Assembly (NCBI RefSeq): GCF_032062105.1
Contig: NW_026935833.1
Span: forward strand, 372,001-436,000
Direction of reading: 5' to 3'
Source of the DNA: Saccostrea cucullata
Lineage: Eukaryota
DNA length: 64,000 bases
Below the pieces are notes generated by a model. It did no database searches, had not been told where the DNA came from, and was given only the letters and a program-made list of their open reading frames with translations. How positions within the stretch are numbered: the first letter of the stretch is position 1; each line of letters opens with the position of its first letter. The position numbers and the translations under genes were made by a program. Shown in pieces: positions 12,201-25,400 of this stretch.

Positions 12201-15200
12201 AAATGATAACCAAAGGTCCCAAAAAGTGGTGCTGTCCGACGACTGTAGACGTACGTCTTACACAGCCGTGTTACTCGGTCGTGATGAAATTATCAAATTT
12301 AACGCATTTCTTCCAAAACAGGACAAAAGTATCATGAAAAAACACAAAATTTTACAAACAGAAAATGCACATAAAAAATTGATACGCAAAAATCTAAGTA
12401 TATTTATATATATGTCGGCCATGAGTTTTGACTGTACAATCAGAGATTAAAAGCTATGACAGTGCGTATTTATAAAGTCTTTCCTTTAAGCTCTAATATG
12501 TTTATTAAAACGCATTTTGAATTCTTATTTTATTATTTTTTTGTTTATATACAGGGTTTTTACAGTGGCCAGACCTCCACCTCAAGGCCTTTTCCAATGG
12601 TTGTACCACATCATCTTTTTCCCCTTCCGTTTTGTTTACAGTTCTCTATTAGATTTGATCAGATTTACAAGTAAGTGCTGAAGAAGTATTTGTATAGCAT
12701 CTTTAATATTTCTCTTTTTCACTCTGCATTGCATTTATACTGTGTGTGACTAAATACTGATATTCCTCGATACACACAAACACACACACTCTAAACTGTA
12801 CTGTATTTAGCTGAGCATACCTGTGTGTTTCCTTCATTTTCTTATTTTTTGTTCAACACAAGGAGACTTTATAATTTCATATCTTAGAATAAATTTTCTT
12901 TTAGTGTATTAAATTCATATTTATTGTAAATAGAAAAATGAAAGGAAATTGTACTGTAAAGTCATCTAGGTGCATGATATGAAGTAGTAGCATACAATAG
13001 AGAGCATTTGACTCACTTGATAATTTTTCTGTTTCAGTCAGACTGATTCGTCCAGACCCAAGGAGGAGTAAGTTTTACAAAGCTCATCACTTTAGCAACA
13101 CACATAACATTTATAAATCGTTAAAATAGTTGAGCACATTTATGAGATTTTTTTCTTATGCATATAGCAGTTGGTTTGACTATATTTGTAATACTGTTAT
13201 GCACTCACTATATTGCATGCCATTTCTCTCTTCTCTCTCCCATACACACACATAAAAATCTTAATGACTTGTCATTACATTGTATTCACAAAGTTTAGAA
13301 TGGTGCTTAAAGTTGATATATACAATAAATATGCAGTGTTTTCTTTGTATGAAGTCTCTCGTCCTGTTTGAAGATTTTATTATTTTGGAAAACAAAAATT
13401 GAAATTTTATTTTGTTCAACAAATGCGACTGCTTATGCATGTATATCGACTGCTTATATATGATAAGATGATTTTTGTTTTATGTAGATGTAACAGACCC
13501 TGTTGGAGATGTAACAGCCTTTATATCCAAATACGATGAGACTCTCGGAGGCGCGCATCCAACGTTTTACCAGGGATCTTATAGTCAGGCAAGTGATAAC
13601 ATTTCTTATTGAGGATGAAAAAAAAAATTTTTCTTTGAAATTTTATTGTTGAAATTAACAGATTTCTTGCTGCATTCTTTAGAGTTCACAGCTATGATTC
13701 AATCAAACTTTTTTATCTCAATCTTATGTGGAGAAAAGATATCTAAGGGTTTGAAATATCTAGGTTAAAAAATGTGAAAGTAAAAAAGAGTTTTGTTTGG
13801 ATTTCCAACACACTTATCCATATAGTAACTATTAGTATTTGGTTCCAAGGTTTTGCTTTTTTTAAAGATAAAAACAATTGATTTGATCAGACAGTTCTTG
13901 AATTCCTAGTTTGTTTGCATTAATCAGAATATAAATTTTTTTAGGCGTTGAATGATGCAAAGAGAGAGTTAAGGTTCCTATGTGTTTATCTCCATGGTGA
14001 TGATCACCAAGACACCGCTGATTTTTGTAGGTAAGTCTGTTAAGTAAGTACTTTATATGTAGATTAGGACAGATTGTGCAGCCAAAATATTAAATGTTTT
14101 GTTGCAAACACATGGGTAATTCTGCAATTTATAAGCAATGCTGAATTTAAAAAAAAAATTCATTATTCTGTGTATTTCTAGCTGTTTTAAATGTGATGAA
14201 TCTCTAAATTGATGATAATTTTAATTCAGTTTTGGTTGAAATTTTGAACCAAATTTCCTCCTCTTAACTGCTGCAAATTTATTTTATTTTTATTTGTGAA
14301 TAATTTTTTTAATTATTGACTGATTGTTGAATGGCAGTTTTGTTGGTTTCTCCTATTGAATGTGGCATGTATGATGTTTGGCAGAAATTTACATGTATAT
14401 TTCAATAAGTAAGCTTAGAATTGATTACTGTAAACCAACTTTTATTCGCGGCGACTTTATTTCGCGATTTACCAGGGATATACTAGTTCGCGACGATTAA
14501 TTTTCGCGATCAAGCCGTTTTTGGATCTGTTGATAATAGACACATACACTTTAAGGACCGATTCGCGGCGAGAAATATTCGCGATGACGAGGTTCTCGCG
14601 AACTTCGCGAAAATTTCTCGCACGCGAATAAAAGTTGGTTTACAGTAATCACTTTCTAAATGTGCTTTACATGAATATTTATGCACAAGATATTCAGATA
14701 TGTATTTGATTTAGTTGAAGATGCTCTCTGCAGATAGTACAAAAAAAGCACAGCCAAATGTAATACATGTTTGTTTAATTGAAACACATAATATGTAAAA
14801 TTAGTTAACTTGACTTCATTTTTATTTTGAACAGAAACACATTAGGAAATCAAGAAGTAATTAATTTTATAAACACAAGAATGTTGTTTTGGGCATGCAA
14901 TACAAATAGTCCGGAGGGATTTAGAGGTGAGTAAAGATTAAATATACAGATAAGTCATTCAAAGAACTGAAAGTGAAAGTTGTTTAAAATTTGCATTTAT
15001 GAAATATTTCCAAATCAAGGAGATTTTTTATCTGTAATATTAATTATCTGGTAAATCTGCCTGAAATTGTAATTTATCTTGCCTTATTTTACAGTATCCA
15101 GGGCATTGAAAGAAAATACTTACCCCTTTCTTGCATTGATTGTCTTGAGACAAAACAGAATGACAGTGGTAGCACGAATAGAGGGACCAATAGGTAAGGC

Positions 15201-15244
15201 ATTAACTGCTAGACGTGAAGGACTTAAAACAGTAAAACTTTAAT

Positions 15245-15291
<47 letters not shown>

Positions 15292-15341
15292 CATTTTGTC
15301 CGTCGTCCGTCCATCTGTCTGTCCGTCTGTAAACTTTTCAC

Positions 15342-15378
<37 letters not shown>

Positions 15379-15771
15379 TGACCAAACTTGGTACAAAGCA
15401 TCCTTGGGTGAAGGGGAATTTAAATTGTTAAAATGAAGGGACATATCCCCTCGCAAGGGGAGATAATCAAGAAAAGAGAAAAATAGGGTTGGGTCATTAA
15501 AAAATCTTCTTCTCAAGAACCACTGGGCCAGTAAAGCTGAAACTTATGTGGAAGCATCCTGGGGTAGTGTAGATTCTAAATTGTTCAAATCATGACCCCC
15601 GGGGGAAGGGCGGGGCCACAATGGGGAATCAAATTTTTATTAGGTCACCTGAGTAAACTCAGGTGACCTATTGCTATCCGTTTTCGTCCGTCGTCGTGCG
15701 TCGTCCGTCGTCCGTCGTGCGCCGTGCGTTAACATTTGAACTTTTTCAGCTTCTTCTCTGCAACCACTGAA

Positions 15772-15802
<31 letters not shown>

Positions 15803-16048
15803 TATGGGTGAAGGGAAACAAAAATTGTGAATTTCATGATCCCTGCCCCCCTGGGGCCTGAGGGGTGGGGCCAAAACCACTAAAATTAATGCAATCTTTA
15901 AAAATCTTCTTCTGTACTCCTGGACATCAAGCAGTCAAACTGTTTGCATGATTGTAATCAGCAATGAGTCCTCTACCAAAATTGTGAAATTCATGGCCCT
16001 GGGGTCAGGGGTTCAAGTGCTAGGGCGGGGCTCAATAAGTAGGTAGTG

Positions 16049-16087
<39 letters not shown>

Positions 16088-19000
16088 TGGGTATTAAATA
16101 AACTAACTAAGTACATAGTTATGATGAGCAAGAGTGCCTCTACCAAAATTGTTAATTTTATGGCCCCAGGTTCAGGGGTTTGGTGTTAGGGCGGGGCTCT
16201 ATTGATTATATAGTGAAAATACATGAATTCTTTGAAAATCTTCTTCTCTGCTCCTGGGTATTAAATAAACTAACTAAGTACATAGTTATAATGAGCAAGA
16301 GTGCCTCTACCAAAATTGTGAATTTTATGGCCCCAGGGTCAGGGGTTCTTGTTTTAGGGTGGGGCTCTAATTGTGAAATGCATGAATTCATTGAACATCT
16401 TATCCTTTGCTCCTGGTTAATGACCTAATTACCTAATTACATATTTAAGGCCAGGATTTATTTTATTTTCAGTTTTACAAACCCTCCGCTCAAGGTTTTG
16501 AATTTTCAGAAAAAAATAAAACAATTTTTTTCTTTCCGATGTCAAATTTGAGTCGGGATCGAGATTTCAAATTTACGAACTTGCACTTCCGGTTTTAAGA
16601 TGAAACGGCGGGTAAATAAAGCTAGATCTGAGCTTGGTTAAGTGTAAAATTCATCGATACGAGTGCCATTCAAAACGTTTCACCCGTTCAAAGGACAAAT
16701 AAAATGTTGACGACTTTGCTGCACAATGACATGCTGGTGAGATAATTATGTATTCGTTTCAAAAGTATCTGTCTGTAAATTATTTTCCTCCCCAAAACTG
16801 CCCGTGGTAGCTATTGCATATAAGCAATTAAATGTTCTACTTTCCTATTTGTAAGTATTATGTGTCCAGTTGTAAGGAGCCTATTAGAATGGCGTGAAAA
16901 AAGAATGTACAAATGTTGATAATTGATTTATCAAAAATTCTCATGTTCATAACTAAACCTAAACATAAAAAAATGCTGGCCTTATAATGAAGAAAGGGGT
17001 CTCTTTCAAAATAGAAACACTTTGACTAAAAATAAATTAATGCTTTGAAATCTGTCCTTTGATAAGCAATGGTGCCTCCTTCAAAATTTGTGAATTTCAT
17101 GGCTTTTTGATTAAATTACGAACCAAATACAGTCACTGGAAAGTTGTTACATAATACTCAGGTGACCTATAAGGCCCGTGGGCCTCTTGTATAGAAATAT
17201 ATAGGAAAAATCTTTGAAAATCTTCTTCTCAAGAACCACTGGGCCAGAAAAGCTGAAACTTATGTGGAAGCATCCTGGTATAGTGTAGATTCTAAATTGT
17301 TCACATCATGACCCCCGGGAGAAGGGCGGGGCCACAATGGGGTATCAAAGTTTTACATAGAAATATATAGGAAAAATCTTTGAAAATCTTCTTCTCAAGA
17401 ACCACTGGGCCAGAAAAGCTGAAGCTTATGTGGAAGCATCCTGGTATAGTGTAGATTCTAAATTGTTCAAATCATGACCCCCGGGGGAAGGGCGGGGTCA
17501 CAATGGGGAATCAAAGTTTTATATAGAAATAAATAGGAAAAATCTTTGAAAATCTTCTTCTCAAGAACCACTGGGCCAGAAAAGCTGAAACTTATGTGGA
17601 AGCATCCTGGTGTTGTGTAGATTCTAAATTGTTCAAATCATGACCCCCGTGGGAAGGGCGGGGCCACAAAGGGGTATCAAAGTTTTACATAGAAATATAT
17701 AGGAAAAATCTTTGAAAATCTTCTTCTCAAGAACCACTGGGCCAGAAAAGCTGAAACTTATGTGGAAGCATCCTGGTATAATGTAGATTCTAAATTGTTC
17801 AAATAATCGGGGGAAGGGCGGGGCCACAATGGGGAATCAAAAGTTTTATATAGAAATATATAGGAAAAATCTTTGAAAATCTTCTTCTCAAGAACCACTG
17901 GGCCAGAAAAAGTGAAGCTTATGTGGAAGCGTTCTGGGGTAGTGTAAATTCTAAATTGTAGGAATCATGACCCCCCGGGGGAAGGGCGGGGCCACAATGG
18001 GGTATCAAAGTTTTACATAGAAATATATGAAAAATCTTTGAAAATCTTCTTCTCAAGAACCACTGGGCCAGAAAAGCTGAAACTTATGTGGAAGAATCCT
18101 GGTATAATGTAGATTCTAAATTGTTCAAATAATGACCCCCGGGGGAAGGGCGGGGCCACAATGGGGAATCAAAGTTTTATATAGGAATATATAGGAAAAA
18201 TCTTTGAAAATCTTCTTCTCAAGAACCACTGGGCCAGAAAAAGAAGCTTATGTGGAAGCATTCTGGTAGTGCTAAATTGTAGGAATCATGACCCCCGGGG
18301 GAAGGGCGGGGCCATTATAGGGGAATCAAAGTTTTACATAGAAATATATAGGAAAAATCTTTGAAAATCTTCTAGAACCACTGGGCCAAAAAAGGAAACA
18401 TATGTGCCCATGGAAGGAAAATGTAGATTTCAAAATATCTAAATTATGATCAGTGGGGTAGGGTGGGGATGCATTATGTATAACAAGGGGGAAATCTGGT
18501 AAAGAACAGAATGATCAAAGCTTCTCAGGTGAGCAATGTGGCCCATGGGCCTCTTGTCTTAACTGCTTGCATTGTGCACATTTATTTCTTCATATATTGT
18601 TGATTACAGGACCCATAGAACTGATTGAGAAATTAGAGAGAATCATGCAGGATAATGAGGCCTCACTAATAGCAGCACGTGCTGATAGGTAAGAAATTAG
18701 TCAAGATGGCTAAAGTACATGTATCATGAGATTGTAAATGTATGTGATTAAGAACACATTTCACATTGTAAGGAAATTTGCACATAGAGGTCATTCTTCC
18801 TTTTCTGCATATAGTTAATTAATAGGGCTGGGCAATAATATCGATATTTCAATATATTGCAATACAATGACAAAAAATATCGTATCGCAATACGATTTCA
18901 TAATATCGATATATTGGCAATATTTTTAGATTAAGGAATTTTGTCATTAAATATAAAAATAGACTTATGAAAGTTTGTTATTAAGCCAAACAGTAAGTCA

Positions 19001-21235
19001 GAAGTTGTTTTGTGGGAACATTTCAGAGCATAACTTAAATGAAATCAACAAGATTTTTTTTTCGTGTTGGTTAATTATCATAGATATGTACATTCTGCAT
19101 GTAAATTAAAGTAAATATAGTAAGAAAATGCCATTTTTATTACATTCAAAATATTGCAATACATATCGCAATACAGTTAAAAATATCGCAATATATCGCA
19201 ATACGAAATCTCCGGCCAATACCCAGCCCTATTAATTAAATCCAGTGGGGTAATCAGGCACCAATCTCCCTACACACAATTTGTCAATATTTTTTTCCCA
19301 AGAAAACAGCTATACTGTACCTGTATGTTTATATTTGATAAATAATATTTGAGGTAAGATACATATTCAAAAAATTTGTAACAGGGAAGAGAGGAACTTC
19401 ACCCAGACACTGAGGAGAGAGCAGGATGCTGCATATCTAGAATCCCTGAAAGCTGATCAAGAAAAAGTATGTATTGTCGACACCAAAACATTTATTGGCA
19501 TTATTGAATTGATATTTGTTTGTTAGTATTTTTATTCTTTAATGAAGGCATTTATGTGAAATAGCTCTTTCTGGAGTAAAAGTACAGCACATTAAGTGGA
19601 TTTTCTTGTCTCCTCACTCCACAGCACTGACTATATTTGAAGCATTATTATGCCCCCCTTTGAAGAAGGAAGGGCATACTGCTTTGCTGCTGTCTGTCGG
19701 TCGGTCTGTCTGTCCACTTAGTTTCCATTCATTTTCTTCGCAACCGTTGCACATACTGAATTTGGTATACAGATATATCACATAATGTCTAGGTCAAGTT
19801 CTGTTTTGGGCACGATCGCGCCATTTTTGATACAGTTATGCTCTTGGACTTAGAAAAGTTCCAATTATTTGCAGTTTCCGTTCATTTTCTTCACAACCAT
19901 TGCACATACTGAAATGAAATTTGGTATACCAATTTATCAGATAAATATGTAGGTCAGGTTCTGTTTTGGGTACAATCGTGCCATTTTTGACAGAGTTATA
20001 CCCTTTTTGACTTGGAAAAATTTCAATTTGGGGGAGGGGGGCATAATGTTTTACAAACATCTCTTGTCTTTATATGGAGTCTTTAGAATGCTTGATTCAT
20101 GTAATTGGTGTAAGTATTAGCATCAGCGTCCATGTTTAAGTTTTTGGAGCAAGATCTTTCTGCAAGATAATATATGTTGAGATGAGCTTTAAACATTTTG
20201 ATTACCTTCATTTTTAAGGAGAGGAAGAAAAAAGAAGAACAAGATAAAATTAACCAGGAGAAACAGAGGCTGGTAGATGAAGAGAAGAAAAGACAAGAGA
20301 TGATACAGGTAAAGAAAGGGACCTGTTATGGAAATATTTGTTAAACTAAACAATCAGAAGACCTTAAATTGAGAATTAGAACAAGTCAGAGTTTTTATAT
20401 TGAATATCTGTAGATTTATTTAACATATATGTGCTTAAAAATTTGCAGGTTTGTATAAAATTATAATTCATACAAATGAATAAAAATTAATCTCTTTATT
20501 AACATTATATCCAAGTTAAACTGATTTAAAATTTTGATTTAGGTCTGTTTTCAGTGTATATGGTCTTGGGGCCAGATTAAGACAAGATCCAGAGTTGTCC
20601 CTCTTTATTGTAGGAGAGAGAATTACTAAAAGAGAAATTAAAGAGTGAAATTCCTGAGGAGCCCTCAGCAGATGACCCGGATGTTGTTAGGATCATTCTG
20701 AAGTTACCTCATGGGTCCAGGATAGAGAGGAGGTTCCTCAAAAATCAGTCATTAAAGGTGAGAGGGCAAGTTGTATTTTACTGGAAATTTTTTATCTTTC
20801 ATGTTGTTACATACATGAACTAGAGTAAAAATAAAAAAAAAGAGCACGGATGTCCAAATATTCTTGCATATGAATTCTGGCAATTAATTTATAAAGATAA
20901 GTAAAATGAGCTACACTTGCCTGGACAATATTTGTTTTGCACTTTACTTCTCTTTCTTTTCAATACTTACATTATTTTGCGCTAACTTTTTTCAATACTT
21001 ACATTATTTTGCATTACTTTTTCAGTAGTTACATTATTTTGCGTTACTTTTTCAGTACTTACATTATTTTGCATTCTGTCATGAGGACTGTCCGGATGAC
21101 TTTCACATAGTGACTAATTTTCCCAGAAGGACTTTACCCTGTCAGCCACCTAGTCAGGGCCCAGACCCGCCCTCCTTTGTGGAGGCGGGGCTAGGAAGGA
21201 GTGAACTGGTCTTTGTTCAAGATAATGAAGCGTGA
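9289..21235 (+). CDS. FAF2: FAS-associated factor 2 (UBXD8), UBA-hairpin-UAS-coiled coil-UBX p97 adaptor, ~442 aa
   Basis: Exons 9289-9354, 11186-11254, 11353-11447, 12555-12670, 13038-13067, 13488-13588, 13945-14030, 14835-14926, 15095-15193, 18610-18688, 19385-19466, 20219-20308, 20614-20757, 21056-21235 (1329 nt, phases consistent). Motifs: QTEKLLHFQDLTG, HNWDIE, RPDPRR-VTDPVGD, FYQGSYSQALNDAKRELRFLCVYLHGDDHQD, ENTYPFLA, QDAAYLESLKADQEK, RIERRF, NFPRR. The exon 3 donor (GTAGTA) is the least certain. Confidence 0.95.
14426..14647. mobile_element. MITE with TA target-site duplication (Tc1/mariner-type)
   Basis: Perfect TIR TACTGTAAACCAACTTTTATTCGCG / CGCGAATAAAAGTTGGTTTACAGTA; TTCGCG-rich interior. 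Confidence 0.9.
15636..17190 (+). mobile_element. Second Helentron/pearl-like element nested inside the first
   Basis: Own termini TAGGTCACCTGAGTAAACTCAGGTGACCTA and CTCAGGTGACC...AGGCCCGTGGGCCT-CTTGT, a CGTC microsatellite and ~167-bp units of a different subfamily. The host unit (...GGAATCAAA TTTT | ATAGAAAT...) resumes at 17191. Confidence 0.85.
16448..16982. mobile_element. Short-TIR MITE nested in the second Helentron
   Basis: AGGCCAG...CTGGCCT termini flanked by TA (alternatively TTAA/TTAT). Excising it restores the host unit ACATA(G/T)TTATAATGA. Confidence 0.7.
18823..19231. mobile_element. hAT-like MITE
   Basis: TIR TAGGGCTGGG / CCCAGCCCTA, 8-bp TSD TTAATTAA on both sides, and subterminal ATATCGCAATA repeats. 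Confidence 0.85.
19646..20067 (+). mobile_element. Helentron/pearl-like non-autonomous element
   Basis: TTATGCCCCCC...GGGCATA head, GTCT/GTCG microsatellite, two ~160-bp units, and GGGGGCATAA...CTCTTGT end. Confidence 0.75.
20951..21073 (+). repeat. 30-31 bp tandem repeat spanning the FAF2 last-exon splice acceptor
   Basis: Four copies of TTTTTCA(A/G)TA(C/G)TTACATTATTTTGC; the fourth contains the acceptor that gives the canonical protein (21055). Confidence 0.95.
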
Positions 21236-22479
21236 TATTTATTATATGTAAGCTACAAAGTGAGAGGGAAAAACAGAATGCAACATAATGTTGAAAGTTC
21301 CATGAAAGGAAAAAGCAGGAAGAAAGAATGTGCAAGTATTTATACAGATGACAGTTGTGATTGTTTGAAGAAATGGAAAGCTAAGGCTGTTTTACTTTCT
21401 GATTGTATTTATAAGAATGTTGTTATTTAAAACCAGACTTTAAAGGCTGCTGTTGCACTTTGTACGAGTATCTGGGACACAGGTGTGTTACAGTTAATGT
21501 GTAGCTCACCTTGGCAGTCGGAGCTTATGCTATATTGCCCCAGTACTGCTTAGGTTTATATATGTCTTCTTTTTTAAGCTTTAAGACATACCTCAACCAA
21601 ACTTTCATGGATGATGTCAAGATACCCAGTTTTTTTTCTGGCTTTGGGTGCAGCATCTTGAGAATTATATCACATAGGCCAGTTTTCAATATTAGATTCA
21701 GTACCCTTAAAATTGAATGGCAATCAGGGACAAAGTCTTGTTTCAGATACTATATAGTATTTTACTACAATGATAACCTTAATAAATAAAACGACTATAA
21801 AGATGAACATGTTATCAAACATTCAGTTGGTACATGTACTCCGGGTATTCCTCACTTTGACAAACAAGTGAGCTTGTTGTCTATAATTACGTACATGTAT
21901 GTTAACTTTAGAGCACTATAAAGGTAAAGTGTTTTATATGGCGTTTTCTTCCAATCTTGATTTTTCATTGTAAGGCACTAGGTTTTGCTGTAAAAACGAA
22001 TCATTTGTTTATGTATGAAAAGGTAGATTTGAAAAATATTGCCCAAATAGGTATAGAAATTGTCTACATTGTGAAATTATACAAACACTGTTGATGTATG
22101 AAAATTGGCAGAATAAAAGTATTCATATTGATTTATGAAGGATTCTTGTTTTAATATAATTTAGTTTCAGCAGTGGAAATACCATATTTATATTACAATG
22201 AATATTGTATTTAATAAATAAACTTGGTCTATTCTTCAAATTGTTTGTGTTTACTTAAAAGTAATTTAAGGAAACAAGAGTGCAAAAATTTATTTTTAAT
22301 CATTATACATGTATACTGATAAGTACATTATTAATCATTCAAAATTGTTTACTGGTAACACAAAAACAAATTGTTAATAAAGATTATGTCATAAATATGG
22401 CACACACAATGGCAATGAAAACTGCTCTGTTCAACAAAATAAGTAATACTTATATTGTACACTGAAAGGAGAGTTTTGT

Positions 22480-25400
22480 TCACAGAACCCCTTTCAGTGG
22501 GGTATTTTTGGGCTCCTCCTCCTTCCAGTGAGGGGGTTGAGTGGCCTGGAGGCTGGGACGAGCTGACAATTTGTCAAAATACGCCTTCAGGTTTGGAAGT
22601 TTCTCTAGCTCCAGACCCATACGAACAGCAAAGGCAATGTAGGGGTAAAAGTAGACATCAGCCATGCTGAACTCTGGGCCTGCCAAAAATGCTTTTGTCT
22701 GCAAGATATAAAATTTTATAGTGGAATTTCAGTTATCTGAAAATTCATAAAAATCCAGTTTATTAAGCTTATTTTACTGTGTGAACTTCTGACTGGTTTA
22801 CAGTCAAAGAAGAATTACACAATTACCTCCCCTAGGTATCCCTCCCAACGATTCAACTCCTCTTTCAATGCATCCATCTTCTTTTTTACATCTTCCTACA
22901 ATACATGACATAAATTTAACAAAATTTAATGAATTGTTTGCATTGTGGTAAAAACGCTAGAAATCAGTTGTAAGTATTGTTGCTCTTTACAAATGAAAAT
23001 TATGATGGGAATTAACAATGTTATCTCAAGAGGTATTCAACTGACCTGAAATGAAAATGTATACATACTTGTGTAAAACAACTACACACTAAGATAAATT
23101 ATACCTCTTTTCGGTCTTCTTCCTTTGTTTGCCACATGTAGTAAATTACATCCACCAACAGCTTCTGCTGGATGTTACTGTTCGCCTTCAATGAAGAGAA
23201 GAAACATAAATATAGCTGGTCTTTACATTAGTTGGAAGAAATTGACACTCCACAGTTCTAATTTTGGCCAACTTTTTGTCAGTTTCTGAACCAGGGTAAA
23301 AATGAAATGCCAAAACTTAATTCCACATCTTTAGAACACACTCCAATCATCTTGCAAAAGATGGGATGGCTACTGTATAAATTGGAGAGGAGTTCTATGA
23401 ACCAAAATTTCGTTAAAACAAAGAATACAAAATGCTCCTATAAACACCACCAATACTTGCAAATGTTCAAGGCACCCCAATAATATTCTAAAAGACCAGT
23501 TGGATGCTGCATGACATGCTTGGGTAAATAAGTTCAGTTTGAGAAAGAAGACATTGTGATGGACAAGCCAACAATATTCCCAAACTTTCTTTTGAGTAAA
23601 ATTATTTTGCTGAAATTTGACAAATTACATCACATTTTCGGAGGGAGGGAGAGAGAAACAAAGTCACTGCTACTTACCTCATGCATGCGCTGAAGAACCT
23701 TTGCTCTTTTGGCTTTGTCATCAGGTATGAGCTTTGTACCTTTGTCTTTGTAAGTACTCTATAACAAAGTAAATGAAGTCATGAGATCTTGTAAAATGAA
23801 AGAAAACTTGTATTAAAAACAAAAGAAAACTTGTACTTTCTACCTTCTTTAATTTTTTTTTGTAGAACAGACTTCCAAAGCTTTATAAGGGTTGACTGAC
23901 CCTCAATTAAGAGGAATAACTCCAACTGGGATTTATGTTTATTATTCATTAATGATAAATTTCAAAAGGTAATTCCCATCAAATTTGGCCCAATAAAATT
24001 TGCTTAACATGCTTAAGCTTTCAATGAAAAGAAAATCTAATTTAGTTATCTGTTGAAAAATATTTACGGTAGTAAGGGTTCAAAGAAAATTTTTATATTA
24101 GTTGTAAACCATACAGAAGGTCTCCTCAGACACTAACCTCTAAGTAATCACATATGGCATTGGATTCATTCACCACTATGTCACCATCTTTGAATGTTGG
24201 CACCTGTTAGAAAAACAGAAGATATATAGTATGTACTACATGCTAATCTTCTCTATATGAGTTTCATGGTTATAATTTTATAGTCATTCTGAAGGAGTTG
24301 TGCAAACAGAATTTCATTTTAAAATCAGAACTGTGAACATTGATCATTAATTTTGGGTCCAAAAGATAATTTTATTGTACAAGTTAATATACAGCTAATA
24401 CATTCCAACTGAAAGTCGGATGCAAATGAAATAATTTTCCAGAACATTTGCATCCATTTTGAATTATCTGATCTATTTTTAGTCCAATGCAGAATAAGCA
24501 AGCAAATTCAAAGAATTATTTATGATCCTCTGCTTCTGTGTCTTGAAACTTTGTGGGTGAGATGTCATTTTTTATGGTGTATTTTGTCAAACATGAATGG
24601 ACTAGCATATGTCATTCAAAATTTATCACCAAAAGTGATTTTTCTCCCATTTAAACATAAAATTTTACCACTTCACTGTGTATCATTGTAAAAAAAACAT
24701 GAATAGCTTTAAACATACTTTGCAGTGAGGAAAAGTAAGATAAAACTATTAGCACAATCCTCTGTGCTATTCAATTCTCTATAGAGTCCCCCAGAGTCAA
24801 CACTAAGTCAAACGATTTGTTTGGTTGGAGTAATTCTGACATTTAGGACCACCCATACCTGGACTGCTGACAAGCAGATAAGAAAACTGGATAATTTTTT
24901 TTCAGGTTTTGAAGGACATCTATCTTATCTCTAAATCAGTAATGCAGATTTACATATTGCAGGTGAACAAATAGTGCTTAGATTCACAATGCAGTTCACA
25001 GAACCTTCTCCTTTTAAATCTAGTATTTTTTTCTTTGTTTGGTAGGTCCTGGGTTCTTTTGCATTATGTTTATCTTTTAAATTTCATTTACTCTGATCAA
25101 CAATATTAGGGGCATAACCAATTTATAATTTTATAAATATGAAATAATCGAAAGTATACTTCAATAGCCCCTCAACCCTACCCCCCCCTTTTCAACTTGC
25201 ATTGTGAAAAAAAGTCAAGTATCAAATTACCAAGGGCATATTATTTTTGTATCACTCACCTTTGTATTACAATGGTTTTTAGCTTACCTGAGCAAAAAGC
25301 TAGCTCAAGTGAGCTTTTCTGTTCACCTGATTCAAATTTTCATAGTCTGTCAATCCTTTCAACTATCTGTCTGTACATTTTTCAGATTTTCAACTTTTTA

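Larger units (their letters stand above)
15244..18557 (+). mobile_element. Pearl/CvA-type non-autonomous Helentron carrying a 166-bp (Cg170-like) satellite array, FAF2 intron 9
   Basis: 5' TTTTTAGCTCACCTGAGCCGAAGGCTCAAGTGAGC hairpin, GTCC/GTCT microsatellite, 166-bp tandem units (17221, 17387, 17553, 17719, ...) and 3' CTCAGGTGAGC...GGCCCATGGGCCTCTTGT. Confidence 0.85.

Noticed and set aside
12187-12216. QPNDNQR stretch ending AG|GT as an alternative FAF2 exon
   Set aside because: There is an in-frame stop just upstream with no acceptor in between, and the 14-exon model already gives the expected length.
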